DNA of 42,624 nt from Desulfobacterales bacterium (GCA_032126435.1 JAQBBE010000313.1:1-42624); one strand, 5' to 3'. Shown: positions 27,716 through 38,340, counted from the first letter of the stretch. The notes: generated from the sequence alone by a model not told the origin. A program made the numbers and translations.

Positions 27716-28402
27716 CTATGTATTTACCAAGTTCAGTTCTGCATCGGATTTTCGGATATAATGGGGTATAAATCTATCGATATCGTCCGTATCTTTATTT
27801 TGAAATTTATTCAAGCTAAGAAAGGCTACGGTTGAAGCTTTGATTGTATTTTGGGGCATCGGTACAAAAAATGCTGAATCGCCCATCATGCTCGATAGCA
27901 TCTTCTGATAAAGCAAGGCGCCATTGCCCACAAAAATACATGCTTCATTAATGTCGCGTATCGCATTTTCAGGGGCACAGACTTGCTCCTTCGCCTCCTC
28001 ATTTAAACGGCCCTCTATCAACCTGTATCTGGAAAAATAGACTTCCCCTCGGCGAGCGTCTAAAAGCGGACAGATCAAATATGGCGAATGAGATGCCTGC
28101 ATTGCAAGTGCTTCAAGGCTCGAAATGCCCACCAGCGGCTTTTTTAATCCCGCCGCAAGCCCCTTAACGGTCGTTATCCCGATACGCAGACCGGTAAAAG
28201 ATCCGGGCCCTCTGACAACGGCAAAACCATCCAAATCAGAAAGTTTAAGTCCTGAAAAACCGATGGCCGTATGGATCATATCCATTAAATGTTTTGTATG
28301 GGTCTCCTCTCTGAGCAGTGTAACTTCCGCCAACACGCACTTTTTATCAATAATGGCAACACTGCAGCTTGTGGTAGCTGTATCGACAGCGAGGATTATC
28401 AT
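27716..28402 (-). CDS. tsaB: tRNA t6A biosynthesis protein TsaB (YeaZ)
   Basis: MIILAVDTATTSCSVAI and GPGSFTGLRIG. ATG at 28402 lies 1 nt after the lon stop. The track start at 28474 is an extension into lon. Confidence 0.9.
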   Translation of the reverse strand: MIILAVDTATTSCSVAIIDKKCVLAEVTLLREETHTKHLMDMIHTAIGFSGLKLSDLDGFAVVRGPGSFTGLRIGITTVKGLAAGLKKPLVGISSLEALAMQASHSPYLICPLLDARRGEVYFSRYRLIEGRLNEEAKEQVCAPENAIRDINEACIFVGNGALLYQKMLSSMMGDSAFFVPMPQNTIKASTVAFLSLNKFQNKDTDDIDRFIPHYIRKSDAELNLVNT

Positions 28403-28403
28403 A

Positions 28404-30794
28404 TCACCGGCCGTCCACAACTTTACCGTCCATGGCAAGGGAAAGAACTTCATCCATATTTTTAACGGGAACAAAGTCGATCTTGCGCTTTACGTTCAAG
28501 GGAATCTCCTTCAAATCTTTTTTGTTCTTTTCAGGAATGATGATGGTGCGGATTCCGGCCCTCAGGGCCCCTAAAGCTTTTTCCTTCAAACCGCCGATAG
28601 GAAGAACCCTGCCCCTTAGCGTGATTTCACCGGTCATGGCAACATCTCGATTGACCGGTTTATTTGTCAACGCAGAGATAAGGGCTGTGGCCATTGCAGT
28701 ACCGGCAGACGGTCCGTCTTTGGGAATTGCGCCTGCCGGGACGTGAATATGTATATCCTTATTTTCAAAAATGTTTTCTTTGACGCCCAAACTGCGAAGG
28801 TTTGCACGGGCATAACTCAGAGCCGCCCGGGCGGACTCCTGCATAACATCTCCGATTTGGCCGGTTATGATCAACTCCCCTTTTCCGCCGATCAACGATG
28901 CCTCCACATACAGAACCTCACCACCGGCTTGTGTCCAAGCCAGACCGGTAGATAGACCCACCTGGCTATTTTCCTGATCCATTTCAGGGAAATATTTCGG
29001 GACACCCAGGTATTTTTCCAGGTTGTTTTTTGTGATTTTAAAGGGTCCTTTTTCGCCTTCGGCAATTTTACGCGCGACTTTCCGACACAGTGAACCGAGT
29101 TCACGTTCAAGGTTCCTTAAACCGGCTTCGGATGTATATTCTGATATGATCTTAACCAGTGCACCCATACTGATGGACAGCGTTTTTTTCTTCAAACCGT
29201 TCGCCTTTATCTGGCGCGGTATTAGGTGTCGCTGGGCAATGGTCTTTTTTTCTTCTTCGGTATATCCGGACAGTGTAATAACCTCCATCCGGTCAAAAAG
29301 CGCTGAGGGGATGGTATCGGTCAGGTTGGCTGTGAGGATAAACATGACCTTTGAAAGATCAAAGGGTAAATTAATATAGTGGTCGCTAAAAACTGAGTTC
29401 TGTTCAGGATCGAGAGCTTCTAAAAGCGCGGACGAAGGATCCCCTCTAAAATCGGATCCAAGCTTGTCAATTTCATCCATCATGAAAACAGGATTGTTTG
29501 TACCGCTCTGTTTTATCCCCTGCAGTATCCGCCCCGGCAATGAACCGATATAGGTGCGACGATGCCCTCTGATTTCGGCTTCATCCCGGATGCCGCCCAG
29601 AGAAATACGGATGAATTTACGGTTCAGGGCGCTTGCAATGGACTGGCCCAGGGAGGTTTTCCCCACACCGGGCGGACCTACGAAACAAAGAATCGGGCCT
29701 TTCATTTTAGGATTAAGCTTACGTACGCTGAGATGTTCAAGAATACGATCTTTAAGATTGTTAAGCCCAAAATGGTCTCTATCGAGAACCGATTTGGCGT
29801 GCTTGATATTGATGACATCTTTGCTGGTTTTGCTCCATGGCATATCGACCAGCCAGTCCAGATATGTCCGCACAACCGATGCTTCAGCAGCGTCAGGATG
29901 CATCTGTTCTATGCGTTTCACCTGCTTTAAAGCCTCTTTACTCACGATTTTCGGCATCTTGGCGTTTTTTATTTTTCTTTTATAATCCTGAATCTCTTTT
30001 GCCCTGTCATCGCTTTCGCCAAGTTCCCTGTGGATCATTCTGACCTGTTCTCTTAAAAAATAGTCTCGCTGACTCTTGGAAATTTCTTCTTTCACATCCG
30101 ATTGGATCTTCGCTTGCATGGAAGATAATTCAACTTCCCGGGACAGCAGATCGTTGACTTTTTTTAACCGTTCCATGGGATCGATCAATTCGAGCAAATT
30201 CTGAGATTCATCGATTTTTAATTTAAGATTCGAAGCCACGAGGTCGGCAAGTTTCCCAGGGTCATTGATATTTTCAAGAATAACGCTGACATCATTGTTC
30301 ATTTCACCACGCAATGCCAAAATTTTTTCGGAGTGTTCTCGGACATTCCGCATCAGCGCCTCAATCTCCAGATCGATCTTCTCAAACGGCTTATCCGGAA
30401 TAATCTCTATTTTTACACGGTATAAAGATTTTTTTGAAACGTATTTAACGATCCGGGCCTTGGCGATACCCTGTACAAGGGACTTTACGTGTCCATCCGG
30501 AAGTTTGAGCATCCTCAAAATCCGGCTTACGGTACCCACCGTATAAATCTGATCAGGATTCGGATTTTCGATGTTCGGATCTTTTTGTGCAGCTAAAAAC
30601 AGATATCCGTCTTTCTCCACCGCCTCCTCGGCAGCGCGAACCGATTTTTCGCGCCCGATAAAAAGCGGCAGAAGCATATCCGTAAAAATTACGATATCTC
30701 GTACCGAAATCAAAGGAAGCGTATTCGGTATCGGTGCATCCTTTTCATTTTCATCAATTATGCTGATAAGGTCATCTTTGTCGGTTTCAGCCAT
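28404..30794 (-). CDS. lon: ATP-dependent Lon protease
   Basis: 796 aa with an N-terminal LON domain, Walker A GPPGVGKTS and catalytic Ser PKDGPSAGTAM. Confidence 0.97.
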   Translation of the reverse strand: MAETDKDDLISIIDENEKDAPIPNTLPLISVRDIVIFTDMLLPLFIGREKSVRAAEEAVEKDGYLFLAAQKDPNIENPNPDQIYTVGTVSRILRMLKLPDGHVKSLVQGIAKARIVKYVSKKSLYRVKIEIIPDKPFEKIDLEIEALMRNVREHSEKILALRGEMNNDVSVILENINDPGKLADLVASNLKLKIDESQNLLELIDPMERLKKVNDLLSREVELSSMQAKIQSDVKEEISKSQRDYFLREQVRMIHRELGESDDRAKEIQDYKRKIKNAKMPKIVSKEALKQVKRIEQMHPDAAEASVVRTYLDWLVDMPWSKTSKDVINIKHAKSVLDRDHFGLNNLKDRILEHLSVRKLNPKMKGPILCFVGPPGVGKTSLGQSIASALNRKFIRISLGGIRDEAEIRGHRRTYIGSLPGRILQGIKQSGTNNPVFMMDEIDKLGSDFRGDPSSALLEALDPEQNSVFSDHYINLPFDLSKVMFILTANLTDTIPSALFDRMEVITLSGYTEEEKKTIAQRHLIPRQIKANGLKKKTLSISMGALVKIISEYTSEAGLRNLERELGSLCRKVARKIAEGEKGPFKITKNNLEKYLGVPKYFPEMDQENSQVGLSTGLAWTQAGGEVLYVEASLIGGKGELIITGQIGDVMQESARAALSYARANLRSLGVKENIFENKDIHIHVPAGAIPKDGPSAGTAMATALISALTNKPVNRDVAMTGEITLRGRVLPIGGLKEKALGALRAGIRTIIIPEKNKKDLKEIPLNVKRKIDFVPVKNMDEVLSLAMDGKVVDGR

Positions 30795-30902
30795 TGGTTC
30801 TCCTGTTGCTACTTTTATTTAAAATCTGTATCTACTTGATCGTGTTGTAAATAATCGTTTATTTTGAAATGCAAAAGCGTCCGCGTTCTCCCGTAAGCTT
30901 GT

Positions 30903-31018
30903 CGAAGATCCCGTTAAACGGGGTTGAAGCGAGGGTTGCCCCGCCTGCCCTGCTGTGCCCGGTGAAATTCACGGCAGTAAAGGGCGATGCCCATTTCAAC
31001 GGGACTGCGAGGATCTTC
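30903..31018. repeat. ~116-nt structured palindromic element in the lon upstream region
   Basis: Outer arms CGAAGATCCCGTT (30903-30915) / AACGGGACTGCGAGGATCTTC (30998-31018). Internal small palindromes are CCCGTTAAACGGGG and GTGAAATTCAC. Confidence 0.45.
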
Positions 31019-31039
31019 AATCTTGAATCAATAAGCAAT

Positions 31040-31067
31040 ATTATAAAACATAATTCATTTTTGACAA
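31040..31067 (-). promoter_or_regulatory. sigma-70-like promoter candidate for lon
   Basis: Minus strand: TTGTCA (31062-31067), 16-nt spacer, TATAAT (31040-31045). It would give a leader of about 240 nt that contains the 30903-31018 element. Confidence 0.45.
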
Positions 31068-31205
31068 TGTCTATCTTGATGAATTCTCAAAAAAAATCCA
31101 TTATTGGCCGGCATTTTCTCCGCATTTTCCGCCGGATCAACACCCCTCGCCCTTCTGGGCGGAAAGCCTTATCCTTAACCGAGACTCCAAAGTTCGGCAG
31201 CAGGG

Positions 31206-32894
31206 CTATCCCTGAAGTTCCGACAGCTTTTTTTCCCCAAATTTCATGGGAATTATTATGGCGGCAATACTGAGCACAAAGGCTATGACAAAGGATCCTG
31301 TGACCCAGGTCCATTCCAAAAGGGTCAATTCCCTTTGTTTGATATCCGCCAAAAATATTTTGTAAACAGGTCCGGCTTCTATGAAGATGACTGCACCGAT
31401 ATAGCCGGCACACACCATCATGAATAGAATCCCTCCGAAACTCGTCACGGTTTGAGCCGGATTGTCCGCTTTAAAATCAGGATATGCCGCACCAAAGCCG
31501 ATCCCCATCGCAACGACGCCCGGAACCAGGAAAAAGATGGTGACTGTTGAAAGCGCCATCATAAATGGTGTCACTTTAAGTAAGATGTTTGTTGCGATGA
31601 TTAAAATTTCGGTTAAGATCAGCAGCGGGAGAAAATAGATAAAAAACTTTATCCAGAGGTAGCTTCTCAACGCTATTGGAGCCGATTTAACCAGCCAGAA
31701 CGCCTCCCCTTCAATGCTGACCGCAGGATACGCAAATCTGGCCGTAATTGCAGTCAGAACAAACCCCGCAAGACCCATGTTAAGAAAAGAAAGGAGATTC
31801 TGGAGATAAACGGTTTTTATCGGCGTTTTTTCAAGGGGGAGTGCATTGAAATTGTATAAATATAAGACAACCAGTGCAGCGATAAGAAACAGCTGTGACC
31901 ACTGTGTCTGATCCCTGAAAAAAGTTCGAATCTCCTTGGTGATAAATGCCCTCACAGGACCCGGCAGAAATCCTTGGAAACGGATTCCTGAAAACCTGTT
32001 TTTAAAAAGCCGGACTTGCGCCGTGTGGGCTTTTGAAAGCCCTTTAAAGTATACGGCATCTGCGAGAATGATCGCCATAAAAACCATGACGCCGGCCCAG
32101 GTCCAGGAGAGCGCTGTGTGAAACATCCCTTGTTGAATATGACCCGACAGTGCAGCCTTTAGGCTGTCATAAGCCCAGGTGCTCGGAAGGTATGGCGGAG
32201 CAGGTGTCTTTAGGGATTTAAGATAAACGAGGGTGGTTGAAAAAACTTCGGGATCGACCAGGCGCTCCGGCTGTAAAAATCGAAACGCAAAAAAGAGTAT
32301 CAGAAAAAGACATAGGCCAAAAAATATGGACATGTTTCTCATACGGTTCGCCGGTACAAAATTCACAACAAGGACAACCAGTATAACGCTGGTGCTCGAT
32401 GCAATAACCGCCAGAGATAAAATGACCATGATCATATCCCAATAGAAAAAGAATCCGGCCTGATAAACAATTCCATACGATATAAAGATTGGAAGCGTAT
32501 AGACAATAACCATCCAAGAGCTGTCGATGGTGCTTTCGATCCACCGGGCAATAAAAATCTTGAAGCTTGAAACCGGCATGGAATGCACCAGAGAAAGATC
32601 TCTGCTGAGGTACAGCTTGGAAATGGCTGTTAAAATACTGCTGAAAATAAGCAGGGAAAAAAACGTAAGAAGAATCATTGAAAGCAGTTTATGCGCAAGA
32701 ATATCACCCAGTTCTGAAATTTCTTTGAAATAAATGAGAACCCGAAGTGATACCGCAAATATTCCCCCCCAAAAACATATGCCGATGGTTCCGAACAGAA
32801 AAAGCTTGACCCGCCTTCCCCGGTCGTTTTTGAAAAGGCCCTTATTTTTAAAAGAAAAAACCCTCGGCCTCAAAAGTGTGACAACGTGTTTCAT
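31206..32894 (-). CDS. polytopic ABC exporter permease (putative ABC-exporter family)
   Basis: 562 aa with at least 12 hydrophobic segments. Its ATG overlaps the stop of the ATPase gene (ATGA). Confidence 0.75.
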   Translation of the reverse strand: MKHVVTLLRPRVFSFKNKGLFKNDRGRRVKLFLFGTIGICFWGGIFAVSLRVLIYFKEISELGDILAHKLLSMILLTFFSLLIFSSILTAISKLYLSRDLSLVHSMPVSSFKIFIARWIESTIDSSWMVIVYTLPIFISYGIVYQAGFFFYWDMIMVILSLAVIASSTSVILVVLVVNFVPANRMRNMSIFFGLCLFLILFFAFRFLQPERLVDPEVFSTTLVYLKSLKTPAPPYLPSTWAYDSLKAALSGHIQQGMFHTALSWTWAGVMVFMAIILADAVYFKGLSKAHTAQVRLFKNRFSGIRFQGFLPGPVRAFITKEIRTFFRDQTQWSQLFLIAALVVLYLYNFNALPLEKTPIKTVYLQNLLSFLNMGLAGFVLTAITARFAYPAVSIEGEAFWLVKSAPIALRSYLWIKFFIYFLPLLILTEILIIATNILLKVTPFMMALSTVTIFFLVPGVVAMGIGFGAAYPDFKADNPAQTVTSFGGILFMMVCAGYIGAVIFIEAGPVYKIFLADIKQRELTLLEWTWVTGSFVIAFVLSIAAIIIPMKFGEKKLSELQG

Positions 32895-33613
32895 GATTTT
32901 GTTAGCCTGATGAATATCTGCTCAAGATCGGCCCCTTCAGCATGGACATCTCGCCTCAAATCTTCATAACTGCCTGTTGCAATTAGGGTTCCCTTATGGA
33001 TGATCCCAATTTTATCACAAATGTCTTCGGCCACTTTCAAGGTGTGGGTCGACAAAAAAATGGTGACACCTTCATCTGCAAGATGTTTAAAAAGGTTTTT
33101 GACCATTTTGATCGCCAGAGGATCGAGACCCACCATGGGTTCATCGACGACAATCACTTCGGGATCGTGTAAAAGCGCTGCTGCCATGACCAGACGCTGC
33201 TTCATGCCGTGAGAATAGGACTCGATGAGTTCATTCGACCGATCAGACAGAAAAAACATGTCCAGTTTTTCTTGAGATTTTTTTAAAAACGTATCTTCAT
33301 CCACATCGTAAAGATCGGCAATGAACTTCAGAAACTCCATTCCTGTAAGTTTTTCATAGAGATAGGGTCTGTCGGGAATAAACCCTATTTTTCTTTTGGC
33401 TTGTTCCGGTTGATCCGCCATATTTATTCCACAGATCATCACCGCACCGGAGGTGGGGGCAAGTACACCGCCCATCATGTTGATTGTGGTTGTTTTTCCA
33501 GCACCATTCGGACCGATAAATCCGAAAATTTCCCCCTTCGGCACCCTGAGGTCAAGATGATCCACGGCCAGAAGATTGCCGTATCTTTTGCTCAGATTTT
33601 TAAGTTCTATCAT
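32891..33613 (-). CDS. ABC transporter ATP-binding protein
   Basis: MIELKNLSKRYGN, Walker A GPNGAGKTT, signature YSHGMKQRL and Walker B VIVVDEP. ATG at 33613 overlaps the upstream stop (ATGA), so the track start at 33754 is over-extended. Confidence 0.92.
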   Translation of the reverse strand: MIELKNLSKRYGNLLAVDHLDLRVPKGEIFGFIGPNGAGKTTTINMMGGVLAPTSGAVMICGINMADQPEQAKRKIGFIPDRPYLYEKLTGMEFLKFIADLYDVDEDTFLKKSQEKLDMFFLSDRSNELIESYSHGMKQRLVMAAALLHDPEVIVVDEPMVGLDPLAIKMVKNLFKHLADEGVTIFLSTHTLKVAEDICDKIGIIHKGTLIATGSYEDLRRDVHAEGADLEQIFIRLTKS

Positions 33614-35079
33614 TCTGTCAATCCAGTAATTTTTAATTTTATTTTCCCGATAATGCTCATCAAATCGAGCTGTTTCTCCATGGCTCCACTTGAAAAACGG
33701 ATGTGGGTGACATCTGCCGGCACCTGACCTAAAACCGAATCTGCTGTTATCCACTGTCCAATATAGAGAAGATTCCAGGCATGATAATAAAACCTGCCAT
33801 TCAAATAGACGAGTCCGGCTTCAATCCGGGCGGGGATACCCGAGGCCCTTGCAAGAGCTGCCAGAAGCACGGCATGTTCATTACAGTCACCCACTCTATT
33901 TTCCAGGGTGACAAGGGCATCGGGAAGGGAAAGAACCGGACGTTTTTCAATATTATCATGGAGCCAGGCAACCAGTTTGTTCGCTTTTATTAAAGGTCTG
34001 TCATCGTCGGACACAATTTTGTTTACAAGATTCCGTATGTTGGGATGATCAGACTCTATAAAAAGAGACGGCATTAAAAATCTCTTCTCGATTTCACCCA
34101 TTTTGTTTTTATCAAGAACATCCGGAAGGCCTGATATATTCTCCTTCTTTATGGTAAGGATATTATCTGTTAAGCGTTGTCTCCCCCCTTGGAGCCGGAT
34201 CGTGTTATAATTTACACCGCTGATTTCAACGTCCATTCCTTTAAGCCGAAAGGGATCGTCGATTCGCATATTGGACGATATGGAGGCAACCTCTGTGAGA
34301 TCCAGATCGGATTCTTTTTGTAAACCGGAAAGTGCATCGTCACGGGTTGTTTTTTCGAGACGGATTCCCAGAAACCCTTTCTCCCTGATGACATCACCGT
34401 TTTCTCCGATCCAGGCCAGCTGTGTTGTCCCCTTATAGGACACGGCCATCTTTTTCGTATTTTTTTCAAGTCCCATGTTGACGATTTTTTCCGGACCCAT
34501 CATCTTGATTATGACAGGTTCACTGGCCATACTCACAGGGTCGAAAACCTGAATAGCAAATTCGTCTCCGGTTTTCATTTCAGATGTAACCGCAGCGTTC
34601 AGTATCCCGGAAGGGATATATATTTTTTCTTTGACGCTGATTTGGATATCTTTGGTTGACCCGATGTTGTGTGTTTTTATGGAAAGCACATTTCCGGAAA
34701 CAGACCCTTGAGCTGAAAAATGGAACCGTCCCGAACCCATCTCAAAATCGAACGAAGACAGCGTAAAATCTGAATTGAGCCGGGCGGCGGTTTTAAGAAT
34801 CACGTCCTGAGTGAGCCCCATGGTGTTGAGCCGCATGTAGACCGTTTCTTCGAGGCGGTATCCGGCTTTAATTTTTGAAAATATCGTATGTGAAGATCCA
34901 ATTTTACGGTCATTGAGCCATATATTCATCCATGCGTCTTTTTCAGGCATGGTGTTCAGGGAGGATGGAGACAACGTTGCAGGCGCCGAATGGAATTTAT
35001 TAAACACGTCCAGTCGAAAAGAAAATAGAATCGAAAAAAGAAGTCCGAATATGCCCAAAGCAATCCAGAAAGGTTTCAT
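33610..35079 (-). CDS. membrane-anchored transglutaminase-like (papain-fold) protein
   Basis: N-terminal TM segment MKPFWIALGIFGLLFSILFSF and a C-terminal core GDCNEHAVLLAALARASGIPAR...YYHAWN...ITADS, so the Cys-His-Asp triad looks intact. Confidence 0.85.
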   Translation of the reverse strand: MKPFWIALGIFGLLFSILFSFRLDVFNKFHSAPATLSPSSLNTMPEKDAWMNIWLNDRKIGSSHTIFSKIKAGYRLEETVYMRLNTMGLTQDVILKTAARLNSDFTLSSFDFEMGSGRFHFSAQGSVSGNVLSIKTHNIGSTKDIQISVKEKIYIPSGILNAAVTSEMKTGDEFAIQVFDPVSMASEPVIIKMMGPEKIVNMGLEKNTKKMAVSYKGTTQLAWIGENGDVIREKGFLGIRLEKTTRDDALSGLQKESDLDLTEVASISSNMRIDDPFRLKGMDVEISGVNYNTIRLQGGRQRLTDNILTIKKENISGLPDVLDKNKMGEIEKRFLMPSLFIESDHPNIRNLVNKIVSDDDRPLIKANKLVAWLHDNIEKRPVLSLPDALVTLENRVGDCNEHAVLLAALARASGIPARIEAGLVYLNGRFYYHAWNLLYIGQWITADSVLGQVPADVTHIRFSSGAMEKQLDLMSIIGKIKLKITGLTE

Positions 35080-38000
35080 TATAATACGATTTCAGAGCTG
35101 TGATTCAATAAAGGGAGAAAGGTTTCCGTTGCGATGTTCTCAAAAACCTCATCCAAAGGATCGATCTTGCCGAAACAACGCTCAAAATAGGGATCTTCGG
35201 ATTCCCCTCGGGCAAAATCACTGCCGGCCCATTTTTTTCGTGCGGCATGTATCGCAGCCTGTTTCGTCCGGTTCATCAATTGTATCTGGCGAACATATTC
35301 CAACGACGATTCGGGGAAAAAGTGCAAGGGCTCCGACATTCCTTTCCAATAGAACCGAAGAAGATCACTGATCCGGTCCGTGGCGTCTGGAACCGGCTTA
35401 AATTCCCAGGCGGCATCTTTGCCCAACAGGAGGCTCCGATCCGGGTTATCAACTTCATCTAAAGCATAAAGTACAAGATGATAAATCCATGTATTTATAA
35501 GATGTTTAGCTTTTATTTTTGCATATCTAATTTGAATCAGTCCCTGTTCAAAAAAATCAGCCATGCGACCGGTAAGGCGAAACCCCGCGATATCGAGTTT
35601 AAACCCTTGATCATCCAAACGTTTGCTTTTGATATGGCCTTCAATTTTTCTGACAAAATCTTCCGCATCCAGACTCCGGTCATTAAAAACAAATTCGCCC
35701 ACTTTTCCATGGGGAAGCTGTCCGGAGGCTTTTTTTACAGAATAATAATCTTTTAAGTTCAATCCTGACATTTTTTTTGACGCAAGTTCTTGATCGATCA
35801 AATATTTTTCCAAATGATCTAAATCGAAATTTTCTCTTTCATCGGCAACGGCTTCCGGATCACGAAAATACACGCCCAAGCGTTTTTCTAAAAGAAACCT
35901 GCTTGGATTGCCGAAAAAGGTGCTTAAGTCTTCAATGTCGAGCGTCTTCCATTTATGGGAAAGTTCAGGCAGTTTGGCGGCAATCAGGGTGGAAGCTTCT
36001 TTTGGGTCATGCAGTCTTGAACCGGCTGAAAAATTTTCTTGGGAATAACTGAACAGCTTGCCGCCGGGTTTAAAATATTCGGGGGAAAAGGCTTGAAGCC
36101 GATGAAGGGTTACGATCTGCTCTTCTAAAATACCGAATCCGTCTTTGATATAATCTATGAGTTCACTGACAAGAACCGATGGCGGAATCCGAGTGTTATC
36201 CTGGATACTCTGCCCCACATAGCTGACGTACAGCCTGTTTCTGGCGGATAGAAGCGCCTCCAGAAACAGATACTTGTCATCATTTCTTCGGTTACGATCG
36301 CCCATCCTGGGGTTTTTGACCATCAAATCGAACCCCAGGGTTTGGGCCTTGCGCGGAAACGCATCGCTGTTCATCCCCACGAGACAAACGATTTTAAAAG
36401 GGATGCTTCTCATGGGGAGCATGGCGCAAAATGTCACGCCGCCTGAAAAAAATCTGCTGTGAAATTGCTCGTGTTCAAGACGTCGTTCCAAATAGGACCG
36501 GACAACCTCAATTTCCACCCGCGCATCAAAGCCGGAAGACGCTTCTTTTTTGGACATGTCATCCAGAATACCGCTTAAAATATGGATGTCCCGTTCGGAA
36601 TCCTCATCCGGAGAAAAAAACTGCGCGATAATTTCATCGAAAAATATATGCCAGCCGCTGAACGTTCGTGCCGTGTCCAAAGATTGTACGCATGCGAAAA
36701 CCCTGTCCAAAAATTTAATTAATTTTCCTAAGGTTTTTACGTCGCCCCCTTCAATATGATCATACGGAAGGATTCCGGAGAATGTTTTACGGTCATAACC
36801 CGGCATGGCATATCCCAAAAGGAGTCTGTCGATTCCGGCTTTCCAGGTATTTTCAGAAAAACCGGGCAGTCCCTTTTCTTGGCGGTATTTTGCGTCGATC
36901 CCCCAACGAATATGGGTTTCTTTGAACCAGCGTTCTGCAATTTCGATTTCCGATTCAGACAAACCAAAGGTGTCTCTTATTTCGGACAGTTCCATCAATG
37001 CCATAACAGAGGCTACCCCCAGCCGACTGTTTTTAAGATCAAGTATGGACATTAACCCGTCGATTATACGACTCTGTTTTACGACATTCCGGTCGGCGAT
37101 GGTGAAAGGAATCCGAAGCGTTTCATCGGTCTGTGCATCGAACACTGCCTGAATAAACGGTGCATACAATTCAATATCGGGTGTCATGACCACGATGTCT
37201 TTGGGCAAAAGTCCCGGATCTTCTTCAAACATGGCCAAAAGGTTGTCGTGAAGGACCTCGATCTCCCGCATGGGACTGTGACAGGAATGAATCTGAACCG
37301 AGCCGTCAGAATCATAACGTGGTAAAGAATCGGGGTCATTTTCAGGGGCCGAGGCATTTTGGGGCCGGGAAGACGTTCTGTTCTTTAAATTTAAAATATC
37401 CGACTGGATCCTGGAAAGACGGGTATGGCCGTGAGGATCATCAAACACTTCGTATGTCTGGCAATCGAGTCCGCTGATCATTGAAAAAAAGTTCCGGCCC
37501 AATGCGCCCATGCCGGCCAAAAGCCGATTTCCCGCTTCCAGGTAAAGATTTTGGGTGACATCATCGGATTGGACATGCCGCTTTCTGATCTTTACGGTCT
37601 CCTGATCGGAAACAATATCCGCCCAGTACTCTCTGCACGGGTTCATCAGAAAAAGATTCACTTGAGAAAGCCGTGATATTTCAACGAACGCTTCTATATG
37701 AAACGGGGGTAAATAGGATATTCCAAATATGGATACCCGCCCGGGAAATTTTTCTGTCGGATGGGGCTGTTTTCTGATCTTTTCAAAAATGATCTTGCGG
37801 AGCCTGGCTTGATGCCGGTTTTCTTCAGGGGGCGAAAGCTGTCGCCAGAGTTGTGCCTGCCAGTGATTTTCCTTGCCTTTTTCCCACCCTAACATCATGT
37901 CAGGCCTGAAAACCAGATATTGATCATAAAGATCTGCAATTTTTTCTGAAAGTTGAAACAGCTTCAATCCCTTTATATCATCCAGAAGATATTTTTCCAG

Positions 38001-38333
38001 ACTTTCAAAACCGGACAAATGAATACATGACGGGAGAAGCTTCATGATCCTGAGGGTCATCGTAACGAGGTCAAAGGGGGATTCATCGGGAAGGTCTTTG
38101 ACCAGGTTTTTAAAAATTTCTTCTAAAAATACGTTTGGAAAGGGGAAACGGCAGTTTGCACAAATGCCATTATGTCGGGCGAGCTCCAGAGAGACCCAGC
38201 GTTCCATACCCCTGCTCTGAACAACGATAATTTCCGGAGCAAACGGAGAGGAAAGCGGTTCCCTGACGATTCGAGCCAGCTGCTCGGCAAGGATCTCCAT
38301 GTGGTTACCGGTGTAGATTTTAAGACCGTGCAT
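35079..38333 (-). CDS. recC: exodeoxyribonuclease V gamma subunit RecC
   Basis: 1084 aa. The N-terminus (..PFAPEIIVVQSRGMERWVSLELA.., LFQLSEKIADLYDQYLVFRPD, RVSIFGISYLPPFHIEAF, MNPCREYWADIV) is collinear by eye with E. coli RecC. Confidence 0.93.
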   Translation of the reverse strand: MHGLKIYTGNHMEILAEQLARIVREPLSSPFAPEIIVVQSRGMERWVSLELARHNGICANCRFPFPNVFLEEIFKNLVKDLPDESPFDLVTMTLRIMKLLPSCIHLSGFESLEKYLLDDIKGLKLFQLSEKIADLYDQYLVFRPDMMLGWEKGKENHWQAQLWRQLSPPEENRHQARLRKIIFEKIRKQPHPTEKFPGRVSIFGISYLPPFHIEAFVEISRLSQVNLFLMNPCREYWADIVSDQETVKIRKRHVQSDDVTQNLYLEAGNRLLAGMGALGRNFFSMISGLDCQTYEVFDDPHGHTRLSRIQSDILNLKNRTSSRPQNASAPENDPDSLPRYDSDGSVQIHSCHSPMREIEVLHDNLLAMFEEDPGLLPKDIVVMTPDIELYAPFIQAVFDAQTDETLRIPFTIADRNVVKQSRIIDGLMSILDLKNSRLGVASVMALMELSEIRDTFGLSESEIEIAERWFKETHIRWGIDAKYRQEKGLPGFSENTWKAGIDRLLLGYAMPGYDRKTFSGILPYDHIEGGDVKTLGKLIKFLDRVFACVQSLDTARTFSGWHIFFDEIIAQFFSPDEDSERDIHILSGILDDMSKKEASSGFDARVEIEVVRSYLERRLEHEQFHSRFFSGGVTFCAMLPMRSIPFKIVCLVGMNSDAFPRKAQTLGFDLMVKNPRMGDRNRRNDDKYLFLEALLSARNRLYVSYVGQSIQDNTRIPPSVLVSELIDYIKDGFGILEEQIVTLHRLQAFSPEYFKPGGKLFSYSQENFSAGSRLHDPKEASTLIAAKLPELSHKWKTLDIEDLSTFFGNPSRFLLEKRLGVYFRDPEAVADERENFDLDHLEKYLIDQELASKKMSGLNLKDYYSVKKASGQLPHGKVGEFVFNDRSLDAEDFVRKIEGHIKSKRLDDQGFKLDIAGFRLTGRMADFFEQGLIQIRYAKIKAKHLINTWIYHLVLYALDEVDNPDRSLLLGKDAAWEFKPVPDATDRISDLLRFYWKGMSEPLHFFPESSLEYVRQIQLMNRTKQAAIHAARKKWAGSDFARGESEDPYFERCFGKIDPLDEVFENIATETFLPLLNHSSEIVL

Positions 38334-38340
38334 GGCCCGC

